Origin: Oceanispirochaeta sp.
GTDB taxonomy: Bacteria; Spirochaetota; Spirochaetia; DSM-2461
Assembly: GCA_963666275.2 (NCBI GenBank)
Contig: CAXXOA010000002.1
Location: 1,088,001-1,152,000 of the forward strand
Reading direction: 5' to 3'
DNA length: 64,000 nucleotides
The notes under the pieces were generated by a model. It searched no databases and had not been told where the DNA came from. It saw only the letters and a program-made list of their open reading frames with translations. The position numbers were made by a program, and so were the translations under genes. Below are positions 47,100 through 56,136 of the stretch, in pieces (the stretch's first letter is position 1; every line of letters begins with the position of its first letter).

Positions 47100-49127
47100 C
47101 TAGATGCTTTTTCTTACCATTTTCTCAAGATCCCCGGGAATCGGTTCATGCATGATCTCTTTCCAGGCTTTAAGAAGCTGTTTGGGTTTGATCGTGTAGG
47201 GCTGAACTGCAATGTATTTGTATGTATCATTGCTTACAAGGGATTTTGCCACAGCCAGAGCGGTGGCCTGTCCCTGTTCGTAGGGCTTCTGGGTACTGAG
47301 GCCCATAATCATCTGTTTTCTTGCCATATAGGAAGCAACGGCATAGTCCAGGTCGCAGGTGAAAATGGAAATATCCGTCCTGTTCATTTCCTCCAGAGCT
47401 TTGATAGCCGAGAGGGCAGGCTGATCCCAGGATATATAGAGGGCTTCGATTTCAGGGTGGCGGGTGATCAGCTTTTTGCAGACATCGTAGGTGTGTTCTA
47501 TTTTCCCGAAGGATTCTATGCCCATGATTTCAATATTGCCATAGCTCTCCCGGATGACTCTTTCCGCCGAAGAGTCTCTGAGATGGGTTCCGTAAAACTG
47601 GGTTCCGTGGATAAGGAATCCCACTTTGGGGCTGGCTTTGTGCTTCAGGTATTCTCCCAGGAGAATACCTGCATTGGTTCCGTTCTCCTTTTCATTGACA
47701 GAAACACAGGATACATAATCATCTTTTGCGAGTCCTTCGGGGATATTACTCATAAAAACAAGTTTTGTAGACTTTGCCAGTTCCTTGAATTTCTCCGCTG
47801 TGTATTTATCATCTGTCGGAATCGCAATCAGAGCATCCGGTTTCTGCATCTGTATCGCTTCCAGCTGGGTTAGCTGAAGGGCCGGATCAAACTGGGCATC
47901 CATGACGGAAACCACAGAGATTCCGTAATTGCCCAATGTATTTTTTATGGCATCTTCATGCAGTCTGGTCCAGGCATTTCCCCCGTAGTGAAAGGATATG
48001 GCTACCCGGAAGTTGCCCTCCCGAAGAGTCTTTTTTTCTCTTTCCGACAGGGATATGCCGTCAGGAGCAACGGCTTTTTCTCCAAAGGGGCCCCAACCTA
48101 TCATCCTGGTGGACTTTCTGATTATCAATTCCATATCAATTTCAACATCCGATTGCTGTTCTGCATTATCAGGATCAGGCTCCGGATTCACCACTCTCTC
48201 CACAGCTTTCCGGGCAATCAGCTGGGAATTGTGGCGTAAAACAGTTATGGGCGGTGTGGACATTTCGCACCAGGTACTATCGGCAATCCCTATGATTGAC
48301 AGATCCTGGGGACACTCCTTACCAATGTTCTGAAGGGTTTTCAGGGCGCTGTAAGTAAGGTTGTTTTCGCAGGCAATGATGGCAGAGGGCTGGAATTTTT
48401 CGTAAATCATCTGAATCTGATGTTCCATCTCCTCTTCTGTACTGTTTTTTTCCAGCTGCAGGATCAGAGCTGTTCTGTAGAAAATTTTGTTGTCCTTCAG
48501 TGACTTCTTGTATCCGGAGATTTTTTCGGAGACACAGAAGGGGTTATCTTTCTGGACAAACAGGGCTATTGTCCGGTGGTTGCTGTTGATAAGGTGCTGC
48601 GTCGCGTTGTATACGGCTTTGTGGTAGGAGGAGTACACATAGGGGGTGGAAAAGTTGGCAATTTTTCTCTCAATACAGACAAAGGGAATCCGTGTTTTGG
48701 CTATTTTCTTATAGTATTTGCCATTATCACTGGCAGGGGCCAGGATGATCCCGGCCGTATTTTTATCCGCTACAATACGCTGGAGGATTATTTTCTCCTG
48801 TTCGATATTGTCGTTGGTCAAGTGAACAGACAGATGATACCCGGCCTTCACAAGGAGGGTATTCAGATGAGAGGTAATCTCTATATTCAGAGAACTGGTT
48901 AAATCGGGGATGATCAGAACAATCACAGAATCTTTTCCAACCATCAGGGACTCTGCTATGTCCTTCTGTTTGATGACATAGCCGGTGGCTTCAATCGCAT
49001 CCTGTACTTTTTTAACCAGTTCCGGTCCCACGTATCTTGTTTTATTTATTACATGAGAAACAGTGGCAATAGAAACATTCGCCTGTTCTGCCACATCTTT
49101 CACAGTAGTTTTCTTATTTCTGTTCAT
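47100..49127 (-). CDS. LacI-family regulator fused to an extra C-terminal sugar-binding (PBP type 1) domain
   Basis: TVKDVAEQANVSIATVSHVIN HTH, LacI effector domain ending ELIIRKST, then a second ~300 aa RbsB-like domain; start set at ATG 49127. Confidence 0.87.
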   Translation of the reverse strand: MNRNKKTTVKDVAEQANVSIATVSHVINKTRYVGPELVKKVQDAIEATGYVIKQKDIAESLMVGKDSVIVLIIPDLTSSLNIEITSHLNTLLVKAGYHLSVHLTNDNIEQEKIILQRIVADKNTAGIILAPASDNGKYYKKIAKTRIPFVCIERKIANFSTPYVYSSYHKAVYNATQHLINSNHRTIALFVQKDNPFCVSEKISGYKKSLKDNKIFYRTALILQLEKNSTEEEMEHQIQMIYEKFQPSAIIACENNLTYSALKTLQNIGKECPQDLSIIGIADSTWCEMSTPPITVLRHNSQLIARKAVERVVNPEPDPDNAEQQSDVEIDMELIIRKSTRMIGWGPFGEKAVAPDGISLSEREKKTLREGNFRVAISFHYGGNAWTRLHEDAIKNTLGNYGISVVSVMDAQFDPALQLTQLEAIQMQKPDALIAIPTDDKYTAEKFKELAKSTKLVFMSNIPEGLAKDDYVSCVSVNEKENGTNAGILLGEYLKHKASPKVGFLIHGTQFYGTHLRDSSAERVIRESYGNIEIMGIESFGKIEHTYDVCKKLITRHPEIEALYISWDQPALSAIKALEEMNRTDISIFTCDLDYAVASYMARKQMIMGLSTQKPYEQGQATALAVAKSLVSNDTYKYIAVQPYTIKPKQLLKAWKEIMHEPIPGDLEKMVRKSI

Positions 49128-49146
49128 CTTTTCTGTCTCATTTTTA

Positions 49147-49413
49147 TTTACGTAAAAAACCTTCAGTAAGAATAGCATTTCAGTTTCTTAAGGTCAAAAT
49201 ATTACTGAAAAATCGGAAATTCGGGATTTTTACATAAAAAAATAGCTCCCACTCAGATAGCTTTTTTGAGGAATTATACAGTAGAATATAGGTGTATTCA
49301 AACATAAAACAGTGAATTTACGTAAATAATATTAAACAATCCGTTAAAATCTTAATTTTTGAATAAAAAAACTTGACAGATAGGATACTGTGGTTTAATT
49401 TTACGTAAAATTA
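49147..49413. promoter_or_regulatory. three copies of the palindrome TTTACGTAAA (candidate LacI operators) plus a promoter
   Basis: 49147-49156, 49316-49327 (ATTTACGTAAAT) and 49396-49413 (TAATTTTACGTAAAATTA, perfect 18-mer); TTGACA at 49373. Confidence 0.75.
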
Positions 49414-49500
49414 TGATTTTCTACGATGGCCTTACAACTTGATTCACTAAATTGAAAATCAAATGTTACCAACAATTCTCATCTATCAATGGAGGACAAG

Positions 49501-50460
49501 ATGAAAAGTTTTAAAATGCTCTCTCTCGCTATTCTGATGACCATGTCTATGATCTTTACTGTCTCTGCCAACGGAGCGGCCGAAGGGGAAGACGACGGAA
49601 CTCTGAAGTTCGCCTTTCTGCCCAATACACAGAACAATACTTTTCAGAGCACAATGAATGATACCTTCAGCAGCCTCAGCGAAGCTAATGGTATCTCCTA
49701 TACATGTCTGGATCCTGATTATGACCTGAACACACAGCTGAATCAGCTTTCTGATGCGGCTACACAGAAATACGACGCCGTATTTGTCATTCCCGTAGAT
49801 TCAAACGGTATTACCGCCGGTCTTTTTGAACTGAAACACGCAGGTGTTCCCGTTTTTAACGTAGACACTTCTGTTGGAAAAGATGACCTGGACCTTGTCC
49901 AGTCCGTTGTTGCAACTGACTGTTTTCAGGCAGGAACTCTTGTTGGTCAGCAGCTTGTAAATGATTTTCCTGAAGGGGGAAAAATTGCGATCCTCGATTT
50001 CCCTTCCAATGAGAGCTGTGTTGACCGTGTAAACGGTTTCCTCGAGGGAATCGGAGATAATATGAGCAGCTTTGAAATTGTTGCCCAGCAGGACGGAGCC
50101 GCCGCTCTGGATGTTTCTCTTCCCATTGCTGAAGATATAATCACAGCCTATCCCGATGTTGATGCTTTCTTCTGTATCAATGATCCTTCTGCCCTCGGTG
50201 CTGCCGCTGCTATCGAAGCTGCCAATAGAAAAGGCGATATCCGCGTTTACAGTATTGATGCTTCACCTGATGGAAAACAGGCTCTTCTGGACGGAGATTT
50301 CACAGCAGTAGCTGCTCAGGTTCCCATCGAAATTGCCAAATATGCTTTCCAGCAGGCTCTGGACTATATCGACGGAAAAGAGATTGAGTCTTCCGTGTAT
50401 CTGGATTCACACCTTGTTTCCCTGGAGGAAGCTACCAGAACCGTAAACGACTGGCAGTAA
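49501..50460 (+). CDS. sugar ABC transporter substrate-binding protein
   Basis: Signal peptide ...SANGAAE after a GGAGG RBS; NNTFQ, NDPSALGA, YSIDAS. Confidence 0.9.
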   Translation: MKSFKMLSLAILMTMSMIFTVSANGAAEGEDDGTLKFAFLPNTQNNTFQSTMNDTFSSLSEANGISYTCLDPDYDLNTQLNQLSDAATQKYDAVFVIPVDSNGITAGLFELKHAGVPVFNVDTSVGKDDLDLVQSVVATDCFQAGTLVGQQLVNDFPEGGKIAILDFPSNESCVDRVNGFLEGIGDNMSSFEIVAQQDGAAALDVSLPIAEDIITAYPDVDAFFCINDPSALGAAAAIEAANRKGDIRVYSIDASPDGKQALLDGDFTAVAAQVPIEIAKYAFQQALDYIDGKEIESSVYLDSHLVSLEEATRTVNDWQ

Positions 50461-50535
50461 TCTGACTTCGTCTTCTGACAGGAGAAGGGTATTCCTTCTC
50501 CTTTATTATTTTAAAATCTAAGGAGACCCGGATAA

Positions 50536-52047
50536 ATGAGTAAAATCATCCTGGAAATGAAAAATATCAAGAAGAGTTTCTCCGGTGTCCATGCATTAAG
50601 CGGTATTGATTTTTCATTGGAACAGGGAGAGGTCCATGCTCTCCTGGGCGAAAATGGAGCCGGTAAGTCCACATTGATAAAAGTACTTGGCGGGATATAT
50701 CAGCCGGACCATGGATCCATCCATATAGAAGGGGATCAGGTTAAGATTGACAAGGTTCAGACCGCAAGAGAACTGGGTATCGGGATTATCCATCAGGAGA
50801 TAGTTCTTGTTCCCTATCTTTCTGTTGCACAGAATATCTTTCTGGGCAGGGAGCCTGTGACCAGGCTCGGCACCGTTGACAGCAGTAAAATGATCAGCCG
50901 GGCTCATGAAATGATTACCGGTCTCGGATTGGATATCGATGTCCGGATCCCGGTAGAAGAGCTGACAATCGCCCAGCAGCAGATGGTAGAGATTGTCAAA
51001 GCCATCTCATTTGATGCCCGCATTCTTGTAATGGACGAACCTACTTCTTCTTTGAGTGACGAAGAGGTTGAAAAATTATTTGAGACCATTGAACGCCTGA
51101 AAAAACAGAAAGTCAGTATCATCTATATTTCACATAGAATGGAAGAACTGTTCAGGATCTCCCACAGGATCACTGTCATCAGAGACGGCGCCTATGTGGG
51201 AACCTGTAAAACGGCTGAAACAAATGTATCCGAACTCGTATCTATGATGGTAGGACGGACTCTGGATAATTTTTACGTAAGAGAATACAACGATCTTGAA
51301 AACGCAGAAACTGTTCTGAAAGTGGAAAACCTGACTTCTGAAAATACTTTCCGTAATATCAGTTTTAAAGTACGCCGGGGAGAAGTGCTCGGTTTTGCCG
51401 GCCTTGTGGGGGCCGGAAGAAGTGAAATCATGATGAGTATATTCGGATGCAAACCCCATTGGACATCCGGAGAGGTCCTGTTGAATGGAGAACAAGTCCG
51501 TTTCAGGAATGCCCTGGAAGCTATCAATAAGGGAATCGGATTTGTCCCGGAAGACAGGAAGAAACAGGGCCTGATTCTCAATAATACAGTCGGATATAAT
51601 ATTTCAATCGCCTCTCTTAAATATATCATGTCAGGTCTGTCTATAAGCAAAAAGAAACGGACTGAAAACATTCAGAACTATATTAAAAAACTGCAGATAA
51701 AAACCTACTCTCAGGATACTTCGGTGGTGAACCTTTCCGGTGGAAATCAGCAGAAGGTTGTTCTGGCAAAATGGCTTGCCACCAAGCCAAGCCTTCTGAT
51801 CCTGGACGAACCGACAAGGGGTGTCGATGTCGGAGCCAAATACGAAATATATAACATAATCAATCAACTTGCAGCTGAGGGCATTGCGGTCATTTTTATT
51901 TCCAGTGAACTCCCCGAGATCATCAATATGTGCGATTCCGTCTGTGTTGTGAAAGAGGGAAGGATTGTAAAACAGTTGGATAAAAGTGAGCTGTCACAGG
52001 AGAGCATTATGCATCTTGCAGCTGGAGGTAAGGAGAACAATGAATAA
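50536..52047 (+). CDS. sugar ABC transporter ATP-binding protein
   Basis: GENGAGKS, LSGGNQQK, DEPTRGVDVGAK. Confidence 0.95.
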   Translation: MSKIILEMKNIKKSFSGVHALSGIDFSLEQGEVHALLGENGAGKSTLIKVLGGIYQPDHGSIHIEGDQVKIDKVQTARELGIGIIHQEIVLVPYLSVAQNIFLGREPVTRLGTVDSSKMISRAHEMITGLGLDIDVRIPVEELTIAQQQMVEIVKAISFDARILVMDEPTSSLSDEEVEKLFETIERLKKQKVSIIYISHRMEELFRISHRITVIRDGAYVGTCKTAETNVSELVSMMVGRTLDNFYVREYNDLENAETVLKVENLTSENTFRNISFKVRRGEVLGFAGLVGAGRSEIMMSIFGCKPHWTSGEVLLNGEQVRFRNALEAINKGIGFVPEDRKKQGLILNNTVGYNISIASLKYIMSGLSISKKKRTENIQNYIKKLQIKTYSQDTSVVNLSGGNQQKVVLAKWLATKPSLLILDEPTRGVDVGAKYEIYNIINQLAAEGIAVIFISSELPEIINMCDSVCVVKEGRIVKQLDKSELSQESIMHLAAGGKENNE

Positions 52048-53074
52048 TTCACTATCAAGAAACTTAAAGTCCAATGACCTGTATCTGTTACTGAAAAAGA
52101 ACGCCGGTATTCTGGCAGTTCTTATTATTTTCGGTTTCATTCTGTCACTGGCAACAGACAATTTTTTAACAAACAGCAATCTCATTTCCGTACTCAGGCA
52201 GATTTCAATTAATATGTTCATTGCTCTGGGAATGACCTTTGTCATTATTCTGGGCGGAATTGATTTATCTGTGGGAAGTATCGTGGCCATGAGCGGAACC
52301 CTGATCGTAGGGTTTATTGTAACCCAGGGAATGCCTATCGCTCTGGCGATCCTTCTCGGTCTCCTTCTGGGAACTCTCGCCGGATTTATCAATGGGGCCC
52401 TAATTGCCAGATTCAAGGTTCCGGCTTTTATTGTCACCATGGCTATGATGAATATTGCCAGCGGAGTCGCCTATGTATACAGCGGAGGCCGCTCAACAAG
52501 GATCAAGGATGATATATTTGTCAACATAGGAACAGGATACATGTTTGATGTGATCCCTCTGCCTGTGGTTTATATGGTTCTGCTGATTCTGCTCTTCTCG
52601 TTTATTCTGAATAAAACAAAATTCGGTATGTATATTTTTGCCATCGGCGGAAACCGTGAGTCCGCAAAACTCAGCGGTGTTCCCATCATGAAAATTGAGA
52701 TCCTTGTATACACACTTACAGGCCTTCTTGCCTCCTTTGCCGGTCTGGTTCTGGCCAGCCGTATGTATTCGGGGCAGCCTTCGGTGGGAAAAGGCTATGA
52801 ACTGGATGCGATTGCAGCCTGTGTTCTGGGCGGTGTATCCATGGCCGGCGGAAAGGGGCACATCAGCGGTACTGTTATCGGTGCCATGGTAATCGGAATC
52901 ATAAGTAACGGATTGAATCTGATGGGAGTCAGCTCTTTCTGGCAGCTGATTGTGAAGGGTATCATCATACTCATCGCCATTCTGATAGATACGCAGAAAA
53001 GCAATGAAAGCATAGTAACAAAATTCATCACTTCTTTCAGAAAATCCGAAAACCGGGAAAAGGGAGATCAGTAA
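52040..53074 (+). CDS. sugar ABC transporter permease
   Basis: GGIDLSVG, IGGNRE, YELDAIAACVLGG; start ATG 52040 after AAGGAG. Confidence 0.94.
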   Translation: MNNSLSRNLKSNDLYLLLKKNAGILAVLIIFGFILSLATDNFLTNSNLISVLRQISINMFIALGMTFVIILGGIDLSVGSIVAMSGTLIVGFIVTQGMPIALAILLGLLLGTLAGFINGALIARFKVPAFIVTMAMMNIASGVAYVYSGGRSTRIKDDIFVNIGTGYMFDVIPLPVVYMVLLILLFSFILNKTKFGMYIFAIGGNRESAKLSGVPIMKIEILVYTLTGLLASFAGLVLASRMYSGQPSVGKGYELDAIAACVLGGVSMAGGKGHISGTVIGAMVIGIISNGLNLMGVSSFWQLIVKGIIILIAILIDTQKSNESIVTKFITSFRKSENREKGDQ

Positions 53075-54549
53075 TGGATATATTCAGAAGACCCTCAAAG
53101 GCGGATTCCACCGGTGACGCCATTCCGTTTTATCATGACAATGTATACCATATTTTTTCTCTGACTCCGCCTGTGGGAACCACAGTGTATCCCGATCGCT
53201 TAAGGACATCCTGGAATCACACCATCTCACGGGATCTGATCACCTGGGAGGAGCAGCCTGTTGCCATATACCCCGGCGATGGGGATGAACCGGATGCTTC
53301 CGGCGTCTGGACGGGAGCTGTCATTTACGGAGAGGGCAGGTACCATGCTTTCTATACCGGTTATAATATCAGTGCTCTGTATCAGCAGACAATCTGCCGG
53401 GCCACCAGCGATGACGGCATTGTATGGGAGAAAGATCCGAAAAATCCCATTATTCTGCCTTTAACATCCAAATATGAACCTCTGGACTGGCGGGATCCCT
53501 ACGTCTTCTATAACGAAGAGGAATCTCTCTACTGGATGCTGATTTCAGCAAGGATCAAGGATGGACCTACCACAAGGAAAGGCTGTGTTGTTCTCTACCG
53601 TTCTCCTGACCTGGAAAACTGGGAGCACTACGGCCCCATCTACGAACCCTGGCATACAAACTGCCCGGAATGCTCGGAGATGTATAAAATCGGCGATGTC
53701 TGGTACCTTTCCTATTCCCGGTTTTCAGAGTTTGTAAACACCATCTACCGGACTTCCTACTCTCCCTACGGGCCCTGGAGTACACCAAAGTATGACGGGA
53801 TCGGAGGCCGGCGCTTCTATGCTGCCAAGTCCATGGAAAATGCCGGAGGCAGACGTTTCTACTTCGGATGGGCCCATGACAGGGGAAATCAGAGTGACAC
53901 GGGAGAATGGTACTGGGGCGGTGCGTTCTGTATTCCCCATGAAGTCAGACAGAATGCTCTGAATGAACTCGATGTTTTTCTCCCCGCGGAGATAGAATCT
54001 TCGATTCAGGAGCCTGTAGAATGGAACTATTCCCACAAGCTGGGGAATGTGGAGAAGAAAGGTGATAACAGCTTCTCTGTTCACTCCATGGAAAGGTTCT
54101 CCTACGGATTCTTTGACCATAAAGAAAAGAGCTTTCTGTTCTCCTGTTCCATTGTCCCGGAAAATGTGAAAGAGAATTTCGGTATCCTTCTGAAATCCGA
54201 TGAGAATGCCTCTGTCTGTATTCAGCTGATTTTTGACGTGGGAATGCAGAGGGTATCCCTGGAAAACCTACCCATGCCGGTGGATCCTTTCTGGCAGCAG
54301 TCCTGTCAGTCTATCCCCAGCCCAAAAGATCCCGGACCTGACGGTTTCAGGGTCAGTGAGAAACCCTTCTCCATAAAAGAGGGGGAGCCTATCGATATTA
54401 AGGTTGTCATTGATAATGATATGATAGAGGCCTTTATCGGTGAAAAGGTAGCCTTTACCTACAGATCCTATGCAAAACCGGACTATGAAGTCGGGCTGTT
54501 TGTTCAGGACGGTTCCGCTGACTTTTTCAATGTTGAGATAAAAAAATAA
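53074..54549 (+). CDS. glycoside hydrolase family 32-like (five-bladed beta-propeller plus beta-sandwich), cytoplasmic
   Basis: GDAIPFY (nucleophile region), WTGA, WRDPYV, PECSE, FYAAK; no signal peptide. Confidence 0.83.
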   Translation: MDIFRRPSKADSTGDAIPFYHDNVYHIFSLTPPVGTTVYPDRLRTSWNHTISRDLITWEEQPVAIYPGDGDEPDASGVWTGAVIYGEGRYHAFYTGYNISALYQQTICRATSDDGIVWEKDPKNPIILPLTSKYEPLDWRDPYVFYNEEESLYWMLISARIKDGPTTRKGCVVLYRSPDLENWEHYGPIYEPWHTNCPECSEMYKIGDVWYLSYSRFSEFVNTIYRTSYSPYGPWSTPKYDGIGGRRFYAAKSMENAGGRRFYFGWAHDRGNQSDTGEWYWGGAFCIPHEVRQNALNELDVFLPAEIESSIQEPVEWNYSHKLGNVEKKGDNSFSVHSMERFSYGFFDHKEKSFLFSCSIVPENVKENFGILLKSDENASVCIQLIFDVGMQRVSLENLPMPVDPFWQQSCQSIPSPKDPGPDGFRVSEKPFSIKEGEPIDIKVVIDNDMIEAFIGEKVAFTYRSYAKPDYEVGLFVQDGSADFFNVEIKK

Positions 54550-54684
54550 CTTCCTTCCTATCATCCCCCGGTCAATCCGATTCGGGGGATCCATTTGAAG
54601 CTTTGCCCTTCGAGCTGCCTCGCATAGAATTGTTGATCCTGGCTGTGTAACAGTACAGGGACTCATCTATTTCAGACTGAATGT

Positions 54685-55593
54685 TTACAGTCTTCTTATA
54701 GATGGGCCCATATTCTTATACATCCGTAAGTGCCACTGATTGATTGCCTCTGCATAGTCGGGGACACAGAGGGAGTACATCTGATTGGTTACATCCTGAA
54801 GTTTTCTGTTCAGGTCATTGAATAGCTGCCGGCCCCGGGGAAGAATCCTGAGTTCACTGTTTCTTCGGTCTCTCTCATCCTGACTCTCTCCGATCAGCCC
54901 CTTTTCGACAAGTTTGTCTTTACTGGCGGAAATTGTACTCCTGTCCAAAAGGAGCATCCGTGAGAGGTCGATGGCATAGGCGCTTCCCTTCAGACTGACC
55001 ATGGTGGCCAGGATTCTGAACTCTGAAAGGGATAAGCCCGCCGAGTCTTTGACTGTTTTTATCCACATCTGAGGGACGGCTTTACAGAAAACAATAAACT
55101 CGGGTGTGATCGGGGTATGCGTTTTATCAAGGGGGGCGGCATCATCCTGCCGTTTTCCCCTCAGGCTGGAAAGGACCAGGGAGGCCACCAGGTTCCCGCT
55201 TCTCTCCTCATCCGGAGTCAGATCGTTCCAGAAGGAACTCTCCTGAGCTTCGTAGATAGCTCTGGTGGCTTTTATGGTCAGGTCTATCCCTTTTTCTGTG
55301 ACTGTAATTCTACTTTTGCGGCGGTCCGTCTTGCTGGAGCTTTTAGTTATATACCCCTTGTCCTCCAGTGATGAAAGTGCCATGGATATGGAGTTGCGCC
55401 GGAGCATAAGAAAATCGGCAAAATTGAAGCCGTCCACCGGTCCGCCCGAAAGATAGAGTTCCCTGATGATACAGAACTCCGTTACTGTCAGGTCACAATC
55501 TCTTTTGAGTACACGGGCAATCTGAGCCTCATGTTCCACAAAAACAGTAACCATCTGGGGGGTGAAGGTTACCATATTATCACTTTCCGCCAT
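54685..55593 (-). CDS. transcriptional regulator with two tandem MarR-type wHTH domains
   Basis: LTVTEF...LEDKGYI...DRR...TEKG and LSLSEF...LVEKGLI...DRR...LPRG. Confidence 0.8.
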   Translation of the reverse strand: MAESDNMVTFTPQMVTVFVEHEAQIARVLKRDCDLTVTEFCIIRELYLSGGPVDGFNFADFLMLRRNSISMALSSLEDKGYITKSSSKTDRRKSRITVTEKGIDLTIKATRAIYEAQESSFWNDLTPDEERSGNLVASLVLSSLRGKRQDDAAPLDKTHTPITPEFIVFCKAVPQMWIKTVKDSAGLSLSEFRILATMVSLKGSAYAIDLSRMLLLDRSTISASKDKLVEKGLIGESQDERDRRNSELRILPRGRQLFNDLNRKLQDVTNQMYSLCVPDYAEAINQWHLRMYKNMGPSIRRL

Positions 55594-55715
55594 AGATCCT
55601 CTCTTTATTAACAGCGTCCATCTTTTATGTCCTGTGGGATGAGAGCATTATAGACCAAACTGTCCATTCTGATCAAACAGAATAAAAAACAGGGAATCAC
55701 TGGCGGAAAGTCTTT

Positions 55716-56054
55716 TTATTTCGCAGCCTGCTCTATGGCTTTTCCAACAGCATCGATGACTGCGGCAGAGGTTTTGGACGCTCCGGATACGGCATCGATA
55801 TCTGCACTCTGTTTTTTGATGACTTCGGGCAGCAGTCTGTCTACAACGTCTGTTCCGATTCCGGGAGTTTCATTGTTGACAGTTGCGATTATATCGGTAA
55901 TCTTACCACCTTCTACAGTCATTTCAACGGCAAACTCACCGTGCATTCCCGCATTGCTCGAACCTGTATAGGTTCCGTCAACATACTTTGTTCCGCAGCC
56001 TGTTAATACAAGAACGGACAGGCCGGCCAGGATAAATCCCAGTTTTTTAATCAT
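55716..56054 (-). CDS. FMN-binding (flavinylated) lipoprotein
   Basis: Lipobox LTGC; DGTYTG, ET.GIG, flavinylation motif DAVSGASKTS. Confidence 0.88.
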   Translation of the reverse strand: MIKKLGFILAGLSVLVLTGCGTKYVDGTYTGSSNAGMHGEFAVEMTVEGGKITDIIATVNNETPGIGTDVVDRLLPEVIKKQSADIDAVSGASKTSAAVIDAVGKAIEQAAK

Positions 56055-56136
56055 AATTTTGTCCTTATTGATAGGTTTTTAAAGGGAACAGCCCTGCCGG
56101 GCTGTATCCCCGTTTTTTATCAGAAAACTCCTGATA

